DNA from: Acaryochloris marina S15
Lineage (GTDB): Bacteria; Cyanobacteriota; Cyanobacteriia; Thermosynechococcales; Thermosynechococcaceae
Assembly: GCF_018336915.1 (NCBI RefSeq)
Contig: NZ_CP064923.1
Span: 4,710,001 to 4,742,000, forward strand
Direction of reading: 5' to 3'
Length of the DNA stretch: 32,000 nucleotides
Shown here: in pieces, positions 9,226 through 19,718 of the stretch
Numbering within the stretch: the stretch's first letter is position 1
Layout: each line of letters starts with the position of its first letter
The notes under the pieces: model-generated
What the model was told of the DNA's origin: nothing
Databases searched by the model: none
The model's input: the letters and a program-made list of their open reading frames with translations, nothing else
Made by a program: the position numbers and the translations under genes

Positions 9226-10521
9226 TTAAAGGTCTTTGTGGGTAAACGGGCGAGCATCTGACCCGGCATAGGTCGCTACAATCTGGCCTTGGCCTTTGAG
9301 CTGATATTTGTAGGTGACTAATCCTTCCAGACCAACGGGCCCTCTGGGTGGCATCCGCTGCGTGCTAATGCCCACTTCCGCACCAAATCCATAGCGAAAG
9401 CCATCGGCAAATCGGGTCGAGCAGTTGTGGAACACACCTGCGGCATCCACTTGGTTCATAAAGACAGCCGCCGCTTGGGCATCTTCAGTAGCAATGGCAT
9501 CCGTATGTCCCGAGCCATACTGATTGATGTGAGCAATGGCCTCTTCTAAGGAGGCCACCACCTTGATAGATACAATCAAATCACCATATTCTGTAGCCCA
9601 ATCAGCATCTGATGCGGGAGCCACATCTACCATCCCTTGCGTCTTGGAGTCACCTAAAACTTTGACTTGATTTTCCTGTAAAGCTGCTGTTAGTTGAGGG
9701 AGGTATTGGGGTGCGATCTCATCATGCACCAAAATCGTTTCCACTGCATTACAGGCCGCTGGATATTGGATCTTCGAATCCACGGCAATCTCTACCGCCT
9801 GGTCCAGCTTCGCCGCCTGATCCACATACAGATGACAAATCCCTTCCGCATGGCCTAACACGGGAATGCGGGTATTTTCCTGCACAAACCGGACAAAATC
9901 ATTAGAGCCACGAGGAATAATCAGGTTTACATCCTGATCAAGATTCAACAATTCGAGAGTTTCTTCCCGACTAGTCAATAACGCCACCACATTAGGTGAA
10001 ACAGCTGTATTGGATAGTCCATGCTGAATAGCTTTCACCAAAGCCTGGCAAGAATGCAGAGCTTCTTGGCCTCCTTTAAGCAGAACGCCATTTCCAGACT
10101 TAATCGCCAGGGCTGCAATTTGCATCACAGCATCCGGCCGAGCTTCAAAAATGACCCCTAGCACGCCCAAAGGACAGCTCACCCGGCTCAACACTAACCC
10201 CGTATCTAACTCGCGCTTGAGTTGAACGGTCCCGACAGGATCTTCAAGATTCGCGACGCTGCGTACGCCTGCAATCGCACCTTTGAGCTTGGTGGCATCT
10301 AGCTTTAACCGAGCGTAAAGGGCATTCGCAATTCCTGCTTCTTTAGCTTGCTGACAATCACGAACGTTTGCTTCTAAAATCTCTGGCGTTGCTGCTTCTA
10401 AAGCCTGGGCGACAGCTTCTAACGCTTGGTTTTTCGTTTCTGTAGAAGCCCCTGCCAGATGAATAGCCGCTTGTCGAGTTTGTTGAGCAACCTCAGTAAG
10501 AGAATTCGTTAGGACAGTCAC
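9226..10521 (-). CDS. proA: Glutamate-5-semialdehyde dehydrogenase (gamma-glutamyl phosphate reductase)
   Basis: Full-length match to the ProA architecture. The catalytic Cys region is [11 protein letters not shown], and the protein ends in the typical [13 protein letters not shown] motif. GTG start. Confidence 0.92.
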   Translation of the reverse strand: MTVLTNSLTEVAQQTRQAAIHLAGASTETKNQALEAVAQALEAATPEILEANVRDCQQAKEAGIANALYARLKLDATKLKGAIAGVRSVANLEDPVGTVQLKRELDTGLVLSRVSCPLGVLGVIFEARPDAVMQIAALAIKSGNGVLLKGGQEALHSCQALVKAIQHGLSNTAVSPNVVALLTSREETLELLNLDQDVNLIIPRGSNDFVRFVQENTRIPVLGHAEGICHLYVDQAAKLDQAVEIAVDSKIQYPAACNAVETILVHDEIAPQYLPQLTAALQENQVKVLGDSKTQGMVDVAPASDADWATEYGDLIVSIKVVASLEEAIAHINQYGSGHTDAIATEDAQAAAVFMNQVDAAGVFHNCSTRFADGFRYGFGAEVGISTQRMPPRGPVGLEGLVTYKYQLKGQGQIVATYAGSDARPFTHKDL

Positions 10522-10547
10522 AGTTTTAGTTGTTTAACGACAGGGTT

Positions 10548-11456
10548 TTAAAAATCTTCGCGTTCATACTCAGCAATTTTTTGGGGTTCCGGGATTTTTA
10601 GCTCTTGGGGCTCGTAATCATCGTCCCAAACATCCCCTTCCCGCTCATATTTCGGTTCTGAAGGGGCTGGCGGCGTAGAAGACCCACCCTCACTCCAGTT
10701 ATCTTCTTCTTGATACGCATATTGCTGCTGTGGTGCCGCTTCTTGACGTTCTACAGGCACGGGTTCCGCTTCCCAGGCTTCTGTTTGCCAGGCTTGCTGT
10801 GTAGGCGCAGATTGACGGGCTGGTGCATAGGCTGTCGTGGGCTCCCCAGGGCCAAGCTGGTTCGTGGTAGAAGCCGTCTTAGGGATATAGTCTTCTTCAT
10901 CGCTGAGTTCCCAAGGCGGAATCCCTAATCCCATTCGCTCCAGAAGACCTACTGTCAGCTGGTTGAGGCGCTCTTCAGCTCCTTCAAAGACGATCAAGCG
11001 CTCTGGCCCTGTGCTGACAATTTCTTCTACGGGCAATTCATAAGTACTCAACACCTGAGAGGGGATGAGTGGTACTCCAATCGATGCAATCACCAAAGAG
11101 GTAATTTCACCGGTGCTGGTATCAAACTTAAACCCTCGGACTTTGCCCAAAAGTTCTCCAGCTTCGGTGATCACTTCATTATTAATTAAGGTACTGAAGT
11201 CAAAGGTATCTATTTCTTCAATCGCGGTCTCATCATCGACCAGGATCACATCTCCAATCTGCCGAATATTACTGAGATACATGTAGCGCTCATCCCCAGT
11301 AACCAGGGTATTCCGCAAACCAACAACGGCGACTTCCCGCTGATCGACATCCACCCAAAGCTGGGTAATCACACCAAGTTTTTTACCTGTACTGCGAGTA
11401 ATGACTTGAGTACCGATAAAGTCAGCGCGTTGTTGAACTTGTTCAGATATTGCCAT
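10548..11456 (-). CDS. PRC-barrel domain protein with an acidic, Pro/Glu-rich disordered C-terminal tail
   Basis: Two PRC-barrel-like segments (FIGTQVITRSTGKKLGVITQLWVDVDQREVAVVGL and VITEAGELLGKVRGFKFDTSTGEITSLVIA). The C-terminal ~110 aa is low-complexity. It lies 26 nt upstream of proA on the same strand. Confidence 0.7.
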   Translation of the reverse strand: MAISEQVQQRADFIGTQVITRSTGKKLGVITQLWVDVDQREVAVVGLRNTLVTGDERYMYLSNIRQIGDVILVDDETAIEEIDTFDFSTLINNEVITEAGELLGKVRGFKFDTSTGEITSLVIASIGVPLIPSQVLSTYELPVEEIVSTGPERLIVFEGAEERLNQLTVGLLERMGLGIPPWELSDEEDYIPKTASTTNQLGPGEPTTAYAPARQSAPTQQAWQTEAWEAEPVPVERQEAAPQQQYAYQEEDNWSEGGSSTPPAPSEPKYEREGDVWDDDYEPQELKIPEPQKIAEYEREDF

Positions 11457-11805
11457 GCGTGAATCCTGAGCCGAATTCTTGAGTTTTTGGGTGGGGTAAA
11501 TGTTGTTAATCGTACCTTTACAATGTCACAAAAACTATCGCACACGGTACATTTTTACACCCTGACCACTTCATTTTAGTGCCTTTAGGAAGAGGGCACC
11601 TCTCTTCCAAGGTGTTGATATCACCCCAAGACCATTGCTAATCAAGGTTTATGCCTCCCAGAGATCATGATGGGTTAAGACTGTGATGGAGCAGAACTAG
11701 CCCCAAACGTCTTTTGATTTATAGTGTCTGCCGCAGGCTGCTTGATCACGCCAGCTATATTAAGGTCAGATATCTAGCGTTAGCTGAGACCTCCAACTAA
11801 AGATT

Positions 11806-12396
11806 ATGGTCAGCATAGCTCCCCCCCCTATAGCGTCCGCCTTAACCCTCCGCATTAACCTGAGTGATGAGCAATTTTTTCAACTATGCCAGGACAATAG
11901 CGATTTAAGGTTTGAACGCACCTCCCTAGGAGAGTTGATCATTATGCCCCCAACAGGTGGGTTAACAGGCGATCGCAATGCCGACATAACATTTCAACTA
12001 AGAGCCTGGAATCGTCAAACTCGCCAAGGGAAGTCTTTTGATTCCAGTACCGGATTCCAGCTGCCCAATGGAGCCACTCGCTCTCCTGATGCCTCTTGGA
12101 TGACCATTGAGCGCTGGGAAACCTTAACGTCCTCCGAACAGGAACGATTTGTCCCCCTCTGTCCCGATTTTGTGGTTGAGCTGCGGTCAGCGAGTGATGC
12201 TTTGGCACCTCTACAGGCCAAACTGCAAGAGTATATAGAAAATGGTGCGCGGTTGGGCTGGCTGATAGATCCCAAACAGCAGACCGTTGAAATCTATCGC
12301 CCCAACCAGGTCGTTGAAAGGGTCCAAGCTCCAGCCCAACTCTCTGGTGAGTCCGTTCTACAAGACTTTATCTTAGATTTATCCCCGATTTTCTAA
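11806..12396 (+). CDS. Uma2-family (DUF820) putative endonuclease
   Basis: Hallmark blocks RFERTSLGELIIMPPTGGLTGDRNADI, PDASWMTIERW, CPDFVVELRSASD and GARLGWLIDPKQQTVEIYR. Confidence 0.85.
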   Translation: MVSIAPPPIASALTLRINLSDEQFFQLCQDNSDLRFERTSLGELIIMPPTGGLTGDRNADITFQLRAWNRQTRQGKSFDSSTGFQLPNGATRSPDASWMTIERWETLTSSEQERFVPLCPDFVVELRSASDALAPLQAKLQEYIENGARLGWLIDPKQQTVEIYRPNQVVERVQAPAQLSGESVLQDFILDLSPIF

Positions 12397-12471
12397 CGCA
12401 TCTTTCAGGATATGCCTTCTAGGGGTAGAGTCGAGGTGACCGCTTAAGTATGACGATCTCAGGTAATTCCC

Positions 12472-13401
12472 TTGACTTCTACTCCTCAGCCTTTGAGCCA
12501 ACGTGGACATCTTCTGACCGAACAGATTAATCCCAACAGCCGCAATCTCGATCAGTTGACCGCGTTAGAGCTAGTTGATTTATTCAATCAGGAAGACCAG
12601 CAGCTGATCAGCGCAATTGCTGCCGCTCGTGAGCCTTTAGCCGCCGCCGTTGAGAAAGCGGCGCAGGCTTTGCAACAAGGCGGACGGTTATTTTATGTCG
12701 GGGCCGGAACGAGTGGTCGTTTAGGGGTCTTAGATGCTGCCGAATGTCCCCCCACCTTTTGTACACCTCCAGAAATGGTCCAGGGAATCTTGGCGGGAGG
12801 TCAGGCTGCCTTAGTCAAAAGTTCAGAAGCTTTAGAAGATCGAGCCGATGATGGTGCGGCTGCCATCGCAGATCGCAATGTCTGCGAAACAGATGTAGTC
12901 GTGGGGATTACCGCTGGCGGGACAACCCCCTTTGTTCGTGGTGCTTTGCACGCAGCCAATGAACGAGGTGCCACCACCGTTTTTATGGCCTGCGTTCCAA
13001 GCGATCAATTCACCATTGATGTGGATATTGACGTGCGGTTACTGGTTGGACCCGAAATTCTGGCTGGATCCACTCGCCTTAAGGCAGGCAGTGTCACCAA
13101 ATTAGCCCTAAATATAATCTCTACAGGAGCGATGGTCCAGATTGGCAAAGTCTATGGCAATCGAATGGTGGATGTCTCCGTCACTAACAGTAAGTTAGAA
13201 GATCGAGCTTTGCGGATTATTGCTGATCTAACAGAGCTACCCCGAGAGCAGGCTGCCGAGTTGTTAGGGAGATGCGATCGCAAAGTAAAACTAGCCCTAC
13301 TCGTCCATTGGACAGGACTCTCCGCCGATCAGGGCCAAGCTCTTTTAGACCAGCATCACGGCAACCTACGGCAAGCGGTTCAAAGCCAGTCTGCACCTTA
13401 G
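12472..13401 (+). CDS. murQ: N-acetylmuramic acid 6-phosphate etherase
   Basis: LLTEQINPNSRNLDQL at the N-terminus, and a SIS domain with GRLFYVGAGTSGRLGVLDAAECPPTF and LAGSTRLKAGSVTKLALN. TTG start per the track. Confidence 0.9.
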   Translation: MTSTPQPLSQRGHLLTEQINPNSRNLDQLTALELVDLFNQEDQQLISAIAAAREPLAAAVEKAAQALQQGGRLFYVGAGTSGRLGVLDAAECPPTFCTPPEMVQGILAGGQAALVKSSEALEDRADDGAAAIADRNVCETDVVVGITAGGTTPFVRGALHAANERGATTVFMACVPSDQFTIDVDIDVRLLVGPEILAGSTRLKAGSVTKLALNIISTGAMVQIGKVYGNRMVDVSVTNSKLEDRALRIIADLTELPREQAAELLGRCDRKVKLALLVHWTGLSADQGQALLDQHHGNLRQAVQSQSAP

Positions 13402-13416
13402 CGCTACTAACTCCAC

Positions 13417-14358
13417 CTACAACCAGGGACGGCTCGCTTCCTCTAAAGCAGTCACCTCTTCAGGAGTTAAGGACCATCCCAAAGCCCCCGCATTTTCTAT
13501 CGCTTGCTGAGCGGTTTTCGCCCCAGGAATGGGGATGACACCCTCTTGAGCGATTAACCAATTCAACGCCACTTGCGCCATCGTCTTGTCATGAACTTCA
13601 GCGAATTGACGAAGCAAATGGGTGACTGGGGCCAATTTGCGTAATCCCTCAGGTTTGAAGCGCTGATCGGCTTTGCGGGCACCTGTTGGAAGCTGTTCGG
13701 GCGTATATTTACCCGTCAGTAACCCTTGAGCCAGAGGACTATAGGCCAAGATCGTGACTTCCAACTCCCTAGCTTTAGCCATCAAACCCTGACTCTCCAC
13801 CTGACGAGTAATCAAGGAATATCGCACCTGATTCACAGCAAGGGGCACCCCTTGATCCGCCAGCAAAGCATGAGCAGTCTGCATTTGCTTAGGGCTGTAG
13901 TTGCTGACACCAACCGTTTTAATCAATCCCTGATTAACCGCCTTAGCTAACGCCTGAAATAGAGTCTCAAAACTCATAAAAAAATTAAACGGCCAATGCA
14001 CCTGATACAAATCAATCACATCCACCTGTAACCGCTGCAGGCTTTCCTTCACAGCCTGAAGAACTGCCTCTTCACTCAAGCGCCAGGGCACTGGGCCATA
14101 CTTAGTCGCCAGACAAACAGGACGCTGACAGTCCTGGTGGAACTTACCTAACAATCGCTCAGACTCTCCCCATCCATATATTTCAGCCGTATCAAACAAA
14201 GTAATGCCAGCCTGGATTGCAGATTGAAACGCATCAGCGACCTCAGTTTCACCATACTGATCGCCATAGCCCCAAAAGATCCGATCGCCCCAAGACCAAG
14301 TGCCAATGCCCACAGCTGACACCAGAGGTCCATTAGGGCCGAGTTGTTTAGTTGCCAT
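13417..14358 (-). CDS. Aldo/keto reductase family oxidoreductase
   Basis: AKR blocks GIGTWSWG, FDTAEIYG, DLYQVHWP, GVSNYS, NQVRYSL and IPIPGAKTAQQ. Confidence 0.88.
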   Translation of the reverse strand: MATKQLGPNGPLVSAVGIGTWSWGDRIFWGYGDQYGETEVADAFQSAIQAGITLFDTAEIYGWGESERLLGKFHQDCQRPVCLATKYGPVPWRLSEEAVLQAVKESLQRLQVDVIDLYQVHWPFNFFMSFETLFQALAKAVNQGLIKTVGVSNYSPKQMQTAHALLADQGVPLAVNQVRYSLITRQVESQGLMAKARELEVTILAYSPLAQGLLTGKYTPEQLPTGARKADQRFKPEGLRKLAPVTHLLRQFAEVHDKTMAQVALNWLIAQEGVIPIPGAKTAQQAIENAGALGWSLTPEEVTALEEASRPWL

Positions 14359-14808
14359 TAGTAAACACTTCTTAATATTTCTACTTCTAGTTTAATAACA
14401 ATAACTTTAGAGAGGAGTACTTTAATGGCTTCATCAACAAGAATCTCAAGCCGTAAGTAGGGCCTAGATTTAACTTTTTATTACTAATACTCAGATGAAG
14501 GCAACTATTTTAGATTTTTTTCTTCATGCATAAAGAAAATAGCTATACATAAGTGCAAAGCATATATATCAAAGGCTTTAGACTATAAGTGACAAGACAA
14601 TAGCAAATAAGATCCAAAGGCTTTATTAAGACTTTATCGCTTCGGGCAATGAAGGATTATGGTAAGTCTGAAATAGTCTGTTATAAATAGTCAGCATTAG
14701 CAAACAAAATATGTTTGCTTTGTACATAAAATGGCATAGCGAAAATTTTCTTGAACCAGGTTCCAAATGGTTCCCTATTGCAGATATTGGACTTAGAGCT
14801 AGAAATCA

Positions 14809-16359
14809 ATGGATGCCTTCTTAAATACAATCACACAAGAATTGGGGAAAGCGATTCCCAATTTGCTTGGGGCAGCCGCTTTTCTGATTATTGGTGTAAT
14901 TGTCGCCTATTTCGTTAAGTGGTTTGTACAAGCCCTTCTCTCCAAAACAGATATCGATAACCGTATTGCCCGTTGGTTCTCAGGAACTGACGACTCGCGC
15001 GCAGCAGCCAACGTCGAAAAACTGCTCGCTTCGATCGCTTTTTGGATCGTAATGCTATTTGCAGTGGTCGGTTTTTTGCAGTCGTTGCAACTTACCACCA
15101 TCTCTGACCCCCTCACCAACCTTCTGAATAAGATTTTGGGGTATTTACCTCAAATTGGTGGTGCCATTGCACTGATGGGGGTGGCTTGGATCCTAGCGAC
15201 TGTCGCCAAAATAGTAGTCGTCCGAATCCTACAGTCCTTATCAGTTGATGAGCGATTAAATTCGGCCTCTGGTCCGTCAGATGCCAGTGGACAGCAGCCT
15301 GTATCCATCAGCGAAACATTAGGTAGCACCATTTACTGGTTTATCTTCCTGCTGTTCCTACTCCCAATTTTAGAAACCCTAAAACTACAAGGACCATTAC
15401 AGCCTGTACAGGCAATGGTTCAAGATATTTTGGCAGTTTTACCCAATGTCTTGGGAGCTGTTCTGATCGGTGTAGCGGGCTGGTTCGTTGCCCGTATTGT
15501 TCGCATGATTGTCACGAACTTGTTTTCAGCAAGTGGTGCAGATCGATGGGGCCAACAACTGGGCTTAACTCAGGCCATTGGCGGTCAAAGCCTTTCCACC
15601 TTGGCTGGTAGTGTTGTCTACGTATTCATCCTTATCCCATTTGGAATCTCTGCTTTTCAAGCGTTAGGGATAGCAGCCATCTCTGAGCCTGCTGTAGAAA
15701 TGCTGGGAGATGTTCTCGGAGCTATTCCTCTCATCTTCACAGCCGCAGTCATTTTAGGAGTTGCCTACGTCCTTGGTAAAATTCTCGGCGATTTGGTTGC
15801 CGGTTTGCTTGCCAACTTCGGTTTCAATAACATTTTCCAAATATTGGGACTACAAGCAGCTCAAGAGCCCACAGACAGCATTTCTGAAGATGGCCCGATT
15901 AATACGTCCTCCCATAAAACTCCCTCAGAAATTGCTGGGATTGTTGTTTTAGTCGCCACTATTCTAGTGTTCCTGATCCCTGCCACAGATGTTCTTGAAT
16001 TTCAACCCTTAACGGGAATGATTTCTGGACTACTGAGCATCTTAGGTCAGGTGTTAGTAGGTGTATTAGTCTTTGGCATTGGCCTCTACCTAGCCAATAT
16101 GACCTTTAACATCGTTTCGAGCTCCGGCGGCGCCCAATCTCGTATGGTTGCTCAAGCTGCTCGAGTTGCCATTATTGCTTTAGTCTCGGCTATGGCTTTA
16201 CAACAAATGGGCATTGCTACCAATATTGTCAATCTCGCCTTTGGCCTATTACTCGGTGCCATTGCTGTGGCCCTAGCGCTAGCCTTTGGCTTTGGCGGCA
16301 TGGACATTGCTGGAGAACAAGTTCGTAAGTGGCTGAATAGCTTTGAGTCAAAACGCTAG
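14809..16359 (+). CDS. Polytopic membrane protein built from five tandem 'conserved TM helix' modules (CmpX/MscS-N-terminal-like), with no recognisable MscS beta-domain
   Basis: Five ~100-aa repeats each begin with an L..iL..lP.llGA..il.vG...a..v motif: IPNLLGAAAFLIIGVIVAYFV; LPQIGGAIALMGVAWILATVA; LPNVLGAVLIGVAGWFVARIV; IPLIFTAAVILGVAYVLGKIL; LGQVLVGVLVFGIGLYLANMT. Confidence 0.7.
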   Translation: MDAFLNTITQELGKAIPNLLGAAAFLIIGVIVAYFVKWFVQALLSKTDIDNRIARWFSGTDDSRAAANVEKLLASIAFWIVMLFAVVGFLQSLQLTTISDPLTNLLNKILGYLPQIGGAIALMGVAWILATVAKIVVVRILQSLSVDERLNSASGPSDASGQQPVSISETLGSTIYWFIFLLFLLPILETLKLQGPLQPVQAMVQDILAVLPNVLGAVLIGVAGWFVARIVRMIVTNLFSASGADRWGQQLGLTQAIGGQSLSTLAGSVVYVFILIPFGISAFQALGIAAISEPAVEMLGDVLGAIPLIFTAAVILGVAYVLGKILGDLVAGLLANFGFNNIFQILGLQAAQEPTDSISEDGPINTSSHKTPSEIAGIVVLVATILVFLIPATDVLEFQPLTGMISGLLSILGQVLVGVLVFGIGLYLANMTFNIVSSSGGAQSRMVAQAARVAIIALVSAMALQQMGIATNIVNLAFGLLLGAIAVALALAFGFGGMDIAGEQVRKWLNSFESKR

Positions 16360-16396
16360 TAAACTCGAAATTCTTATTTAGTCCTTCCTCAAATCT

Positions 16397-16434
16397 AGAA
16401 AAGCCACTCTGATTGATTTCAGAGTGGCTTTTCT
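16397..16434. terminator. Bidirectional Rho-independent terminator between convergent genes
   Basis: Perfect 16-bp stem: agaaaagccactctga (16397-16412) pairs with tcagagtggcttttct (16419-16434), with a 6-nt loop. A/T runs are embedded at both ends. Confidence 0.8.
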
Positions 16435-16451
16435 AATATCACTACCTACCA

Positions 16452-17843
16452 TCAAAAATCAGCATTCAAGGGTGTACGCGGAAACGGAATCACATCCCGA
16501 ATATTCGCCATCCCCGTCATAAACTGAACTAACCGTTCAAAGCCCAGACCAAAGCCAGCATGAGGAACGGTGCCATAGCGGCGAAGATCGAGGTACCACC
16601 AATAATCTTCTACAGGCAGTCCTTGAGCTATGATGCGTTGCTCCAATAGGTCAAGACGCTCTTCTCGCTGAGAGCCACCAATAATCTCACCAATTTTAGG
16701 AACCAGCACATCCATTGCAGCTACCGTTTTATCATCATCATTCATCCGCATATAAAAAGCTTTGATCTGCTTCGGGTAGTCGGTGACAATGACAGGCTTT
16801 TTGAACAGATCTTCCGATAAATACCGTTCATGCTCTGACTGCAAGTCCAGCCCCCACTCCACCGGGAACTCAAACTTGCGACTGGCTTTCTCTAATTGAT
16901 GAATGGCTTCGGTGTAGGTAATCCGCTCAAACTCACTGTTGATGATTTTGTCTGCAGTCTCTAAAACAGATTTATCAATCCGCAGATTAAAAAACTCAAA
17001 GTCTTCAGGACATTTCTCTAATACCGATTTGAAAACATATTTGAGAAAAGCTTCTGCCAGATCCATATCCCCCTGTAAATCACAGAATGCCACCTCCGGT
17101 TCCACCATCCAGAATTCTGCTAAGTGCCTAGAGGTATTGGAATTTTCTGCTCTAAAGGTCGGACCAAAGGTATAAACATTACAGAAGGCAGAGGCCATAA
17201 TCTCACCTTCTAACTGACCGCTCACCGTCAAATAGGTCGGTTTACCAAAAAAGTCCTGACTGTAATCAACTGTTTGGTCTTCAGCCAGCGGCACCTGTTG
17301 CAGATTGAGGCTAGTGACAGCTAATTGCTCCCCCGCTCCTTCACAGTCACTAGCCGTGATAATGGGGGTGTGGATCCACATAAAGTCCCGTTCTTGGAAA
17401 AATTGATGAATAGCTTGAGAACAGGCATTGCGAATTCGGAAGACTGCCCCTAAGGTATTGGTCCGCGATCGCAAGTGGGCAATCGTCCGTAAAAACTCAA
17501 AAGAATGTCGCTTTTTCTGGAGTGGATAGGTCTCTAAATCTGCAGTTCCCCACACTTGAACTGCATTTGCGATCAGCTCAATCCGCTGATTTTTTCCTTG
17601 TGATGCAACTAATTCTCCCTCAATAGACACAGAAGAACCCGTATTCAATCGCTTTAGAGTCTGCTCATATTCTGGCAAGTCCTGGTTGACCACCACTTGC
17701 AGTCCCTGTAACGATGACCCATCATTCACCTCTAAGAATGCAAACTCTTTCAGCTCTCGTTTTGTGCGAACCCAAGCTTGAACCTTAATGCTATCGCCCG
17801 GCTGCCCGTGACGAAGCAACTCAATAATTCGTCTAACTTCCAT
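16452..17843 (-). CDS. asnS: Asparagine--tRNA ligase
   Basis: N-terminal OB-fold ([24 protein letters not shown]) and class IIb motifs ([26 protein letters not shown]; GGSQREER; [10 protein letters not shown]...PFPR). Length of 463 aa is typical. Confidence 0.93.
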   Translation of the reverse strand: MEVRRIIELLRHGQPGDSIKVQAWVRTKRELKEFAFLEVNDGSSLQGLQVVVNQDLPEYEQTLKRLNTGSSVSIEGELVASQGKNQRIELIANAVQVWGTADLETYPLQKKRHSFEFLRTIAHLRSRTNTLGAVFRIRNACSQAIHQFFQERDFMWIHTPIITASDCEGAGEQLAVTSLNLQQVPLAEDQTVDYSQDFFGKPTYLTVSGQLEGEIMASAFCNVYTFGPTFRAENSNTSRHLAEFWMVEPEVAFCDLQGDMDLAEAFLKYVFKSVLEKCPEDFEFFNLRIDKSVLETADKIINSEFERITYTEAIHQLEKASRKFEFPVEWGLDLQSEHERYLSEDLFKKPVIVTDYPKQIKAFYMRMNDDDKTVAAMDVLVPKIGEIIGGSQREERLDLLEQRIIAQGLPVEDYWWYLDLRRYGTVPHAGFGLGFERLVQFMTGMANIRDVIPFPRTPLNADF

Positions 17844-18112
17844 GCAGAAATGCCACTTTGTTTATTACCAACACTGTCATCAGTCTAATCTGCGAATACT
17901 GTGGTCTGTATCCTGACACCAACTTCAATCAATCCCCAGAAATATGGGTTATCTTCAACTCAACCAGCAGAGAAAATTGCCAGAACAACTGTCTCTATGT
18001 CACATTAGTGCTACTAGAAACATACCGACCGGCACAACGTCTTCAGATAAACAATCGTTTATAATAATTGTTTTCTTCTAGGTATATAAATTAACTAGGG
18101 TTTTAACTAACT

Positions 18113-19567
18113 ATGATTAGGCCTCTTCATTCTGCAGCTCTAATTGCTATCGCAGCCTCTATAACGCCCATATCTGCTGAAGCTCAAGTATCCACTTCAG
18201 AAGTAAACCCAGCCTCAGAGGTTTTAACCGTTGCTCAAAACACTTTAACCCCTGACCGTAATGCCCTAGTTAATCAGCAAGCTTATGTATTAGGAGCTGG
18301 AGATGAAATTCAGCTCACAATGTTTGGGCAACCTGAGCTTTTTACCTCTAACTACCGAGTATTAGTAGATGGGACCGTCAGTCTCCCCCTCATTGGTCGG
18401 GTTCCTGTAACAGGTCGTTCCCTGGGTCAAGCTGAGCGAGAAATCTCTTTACGCTACACTCGCCTATACCGACGCCCCTACGTCACCATGGTTTTAGTGA
18501 AAGCCCGGACCGTCACCCTAGCCGTAACAGGCGAAGTCAGGCGTCCTGGAACCTACCCTGTTGAATCCCCTAATCAAATACCTACCGTTACTCAGCTGAT
18601 TCAGCTGGCCGGAGGTACATCTCAGTCTGCAGACCTAAGTCAAATTCAAGTTAGACGTCCCCAACTCAATGGCAGGGACCAATACATCACTGTCGATCTC
18701 ATGAAGCTACTACAACAAGGGGACTTAAGTCAAAACCTGGAGTTGCGAGACAAAGATACCGTTATCATTCCCGCCACAGCAGAAGTAGACTTTACCAACT
18801 CCTTACTGGTCAGTAATGCCAGCTTCTCTGCTGATCGGTCTGAACCTATAAACGTTGCTATTATTGGTCAAGTCTATCGGCCCGGTCCTCACACCATCCG
18901 TCCCGGCAGCGCCGATGTCCAGGACGCAGGCACCCTCGGCAATTCTAGAGCCGCCTCATCCGAACTTCCCACGGTCACCCAAGCCATTCAGACAGCAGGG
19001 GGGATTAAACCCGAAGCTGACATTCGCAAAGTTCAAATTCTCAGACGTCCTCACAATGGTACTCAGCAAGAAATTGATGTCGATCTGTGGAAACTCTTGA
19101 AAGAGGGCGATCTTTCTCAAGATATTGCACTACAGGCAGGAGATACGATTGTCGTTCCTAAAGCCGTAGGGTTGACAGCCGCTGAAATCACTGAACTCTC
19201 AACTATTAGCTTCGCCCCTGCAACCATTGACGTTAACGTCGTAGGTGAAGTAAAAAGACCTGGAGTTGTCAAAATTCAACCGAATACCCCCCTCAATACA
19301 GCAATGCTGGCTGCTGGTGGTTTCGATGACAGCAGAGCAAACAAGAGTAAAGTCAAGCTAATTCGCCTGAATCCCAATGGGACAGTCACTCAAAGGGAAA
19401 TAAAGATTGACTTTGAAGAGCCTCTTAATGAGGAGAAGAATCCTGCATTAAGGAACAATGATGTCATCGTTGTTGGTCGCTCCGGTATCACTAGAATTGG
19501 TGATGGTCTCCGAAATGTACTCTCCCCAATCACCAGTGGCTTCGGTATCTTCCGACTCCTATTCTAA
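18113..19567 (+). CDS. Polysaccharide export protein (Wza/KpsD-like; Poly_export plus SLBB domains), secreted
   Basis: Signal peptide (AALIAIAASITPISAEA), a Poly_export block (YVLGAGDEIQLTMFGQPELF...VLVDGTVSLPLIGRVPVTGRSLGQAEREI), and repeated SLBB-like segments (GEVRRPGTYPV; GQVYRPGPHTI; GEVKRPGVVKI). C-terminal residue is Phe. Confidence 0.82.
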   Translation: MIRPLHSAALIAIAASITPISAEAQVSTSEVNPASEVLTVAQNTLTPDRNALVNQQAYVLGAGDEIQLTMFGQPELFTSNYRVLVDGTVSLPLIGRVPVTGRSLGQAEREISLRYTRLYRRPYVTMVLVKARTVTLAVTGEVRRPGTYPVESPNQIPTVTQLIQLAGGTSQSADLSQIQVRRPQLNGRDQYITVDLMKLLQQGDLSQNLELRDKDTVIIPATAEVDFTNSLLVSNASFSADRSEPINVAIIGQVYRPGPHTIRPGSADVQDAGTLGNSRAASSELPTVTQAIQTAGGIKPEADIRKVQILRRPHNGTQQEIDVDLWKLLKEGDLSQDIALQAGDTIVVPKAVGLTAAEITELSTISFAPATIDVNVVGEVKRPGVVKIQPNTPLNTAMLAAGGFDDSRANKSKVKLIRLNPNGTVTQREIKIDFEEPLNEEKNPALRNNDVIVVGRSGITRIGDGLRNVLSPITSGFGIFRLLF

Positions 19568-19608
19568 ATGACTGCCCCAATACTTCTTGTAGTGGGTTGC
19601 ATACTTGC

Positions 19609-19649
19609 CAACAACAGCACATGAGTTTTATGTGCTGTTGTTGCGTTTT
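19609..19649 (+). terminator. Rho-independent terminator downstream of the exporter gene
   Basis: Perfect 14-bp stem: caacaacagcacat (19609-19622) pairs with atgtgctgttgttg (19630-19643), with a 7-nt loop, followed by cgttttg. Confidence 0.75.
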
Positions 19650-19718
19650 GCCCCAATGAGCAGCAAAGCGGGCAGTTGCCCGATATGATAATTGGCAAGA
19701 TTCATTGGACAGGACAAT

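Noticed and set aside
11457-11805. NtcA-type site (GTA-n8-TAC) and small ORFs in the 350-bp spacer
   Set aside because: Only half-matches were found (GTAcatttttaCAC near 11549). The small ORFs are 20 codons or fewer with no SD. There is not enough to call.
17858-18064. 68-aa TTG-initiated ORF in the asnS/exporter divergent spacer
   Set aside because: It has a non-ATG start, no SD, and low-complexity Asn/Cys-rich composition in an AT-rich promoter region.
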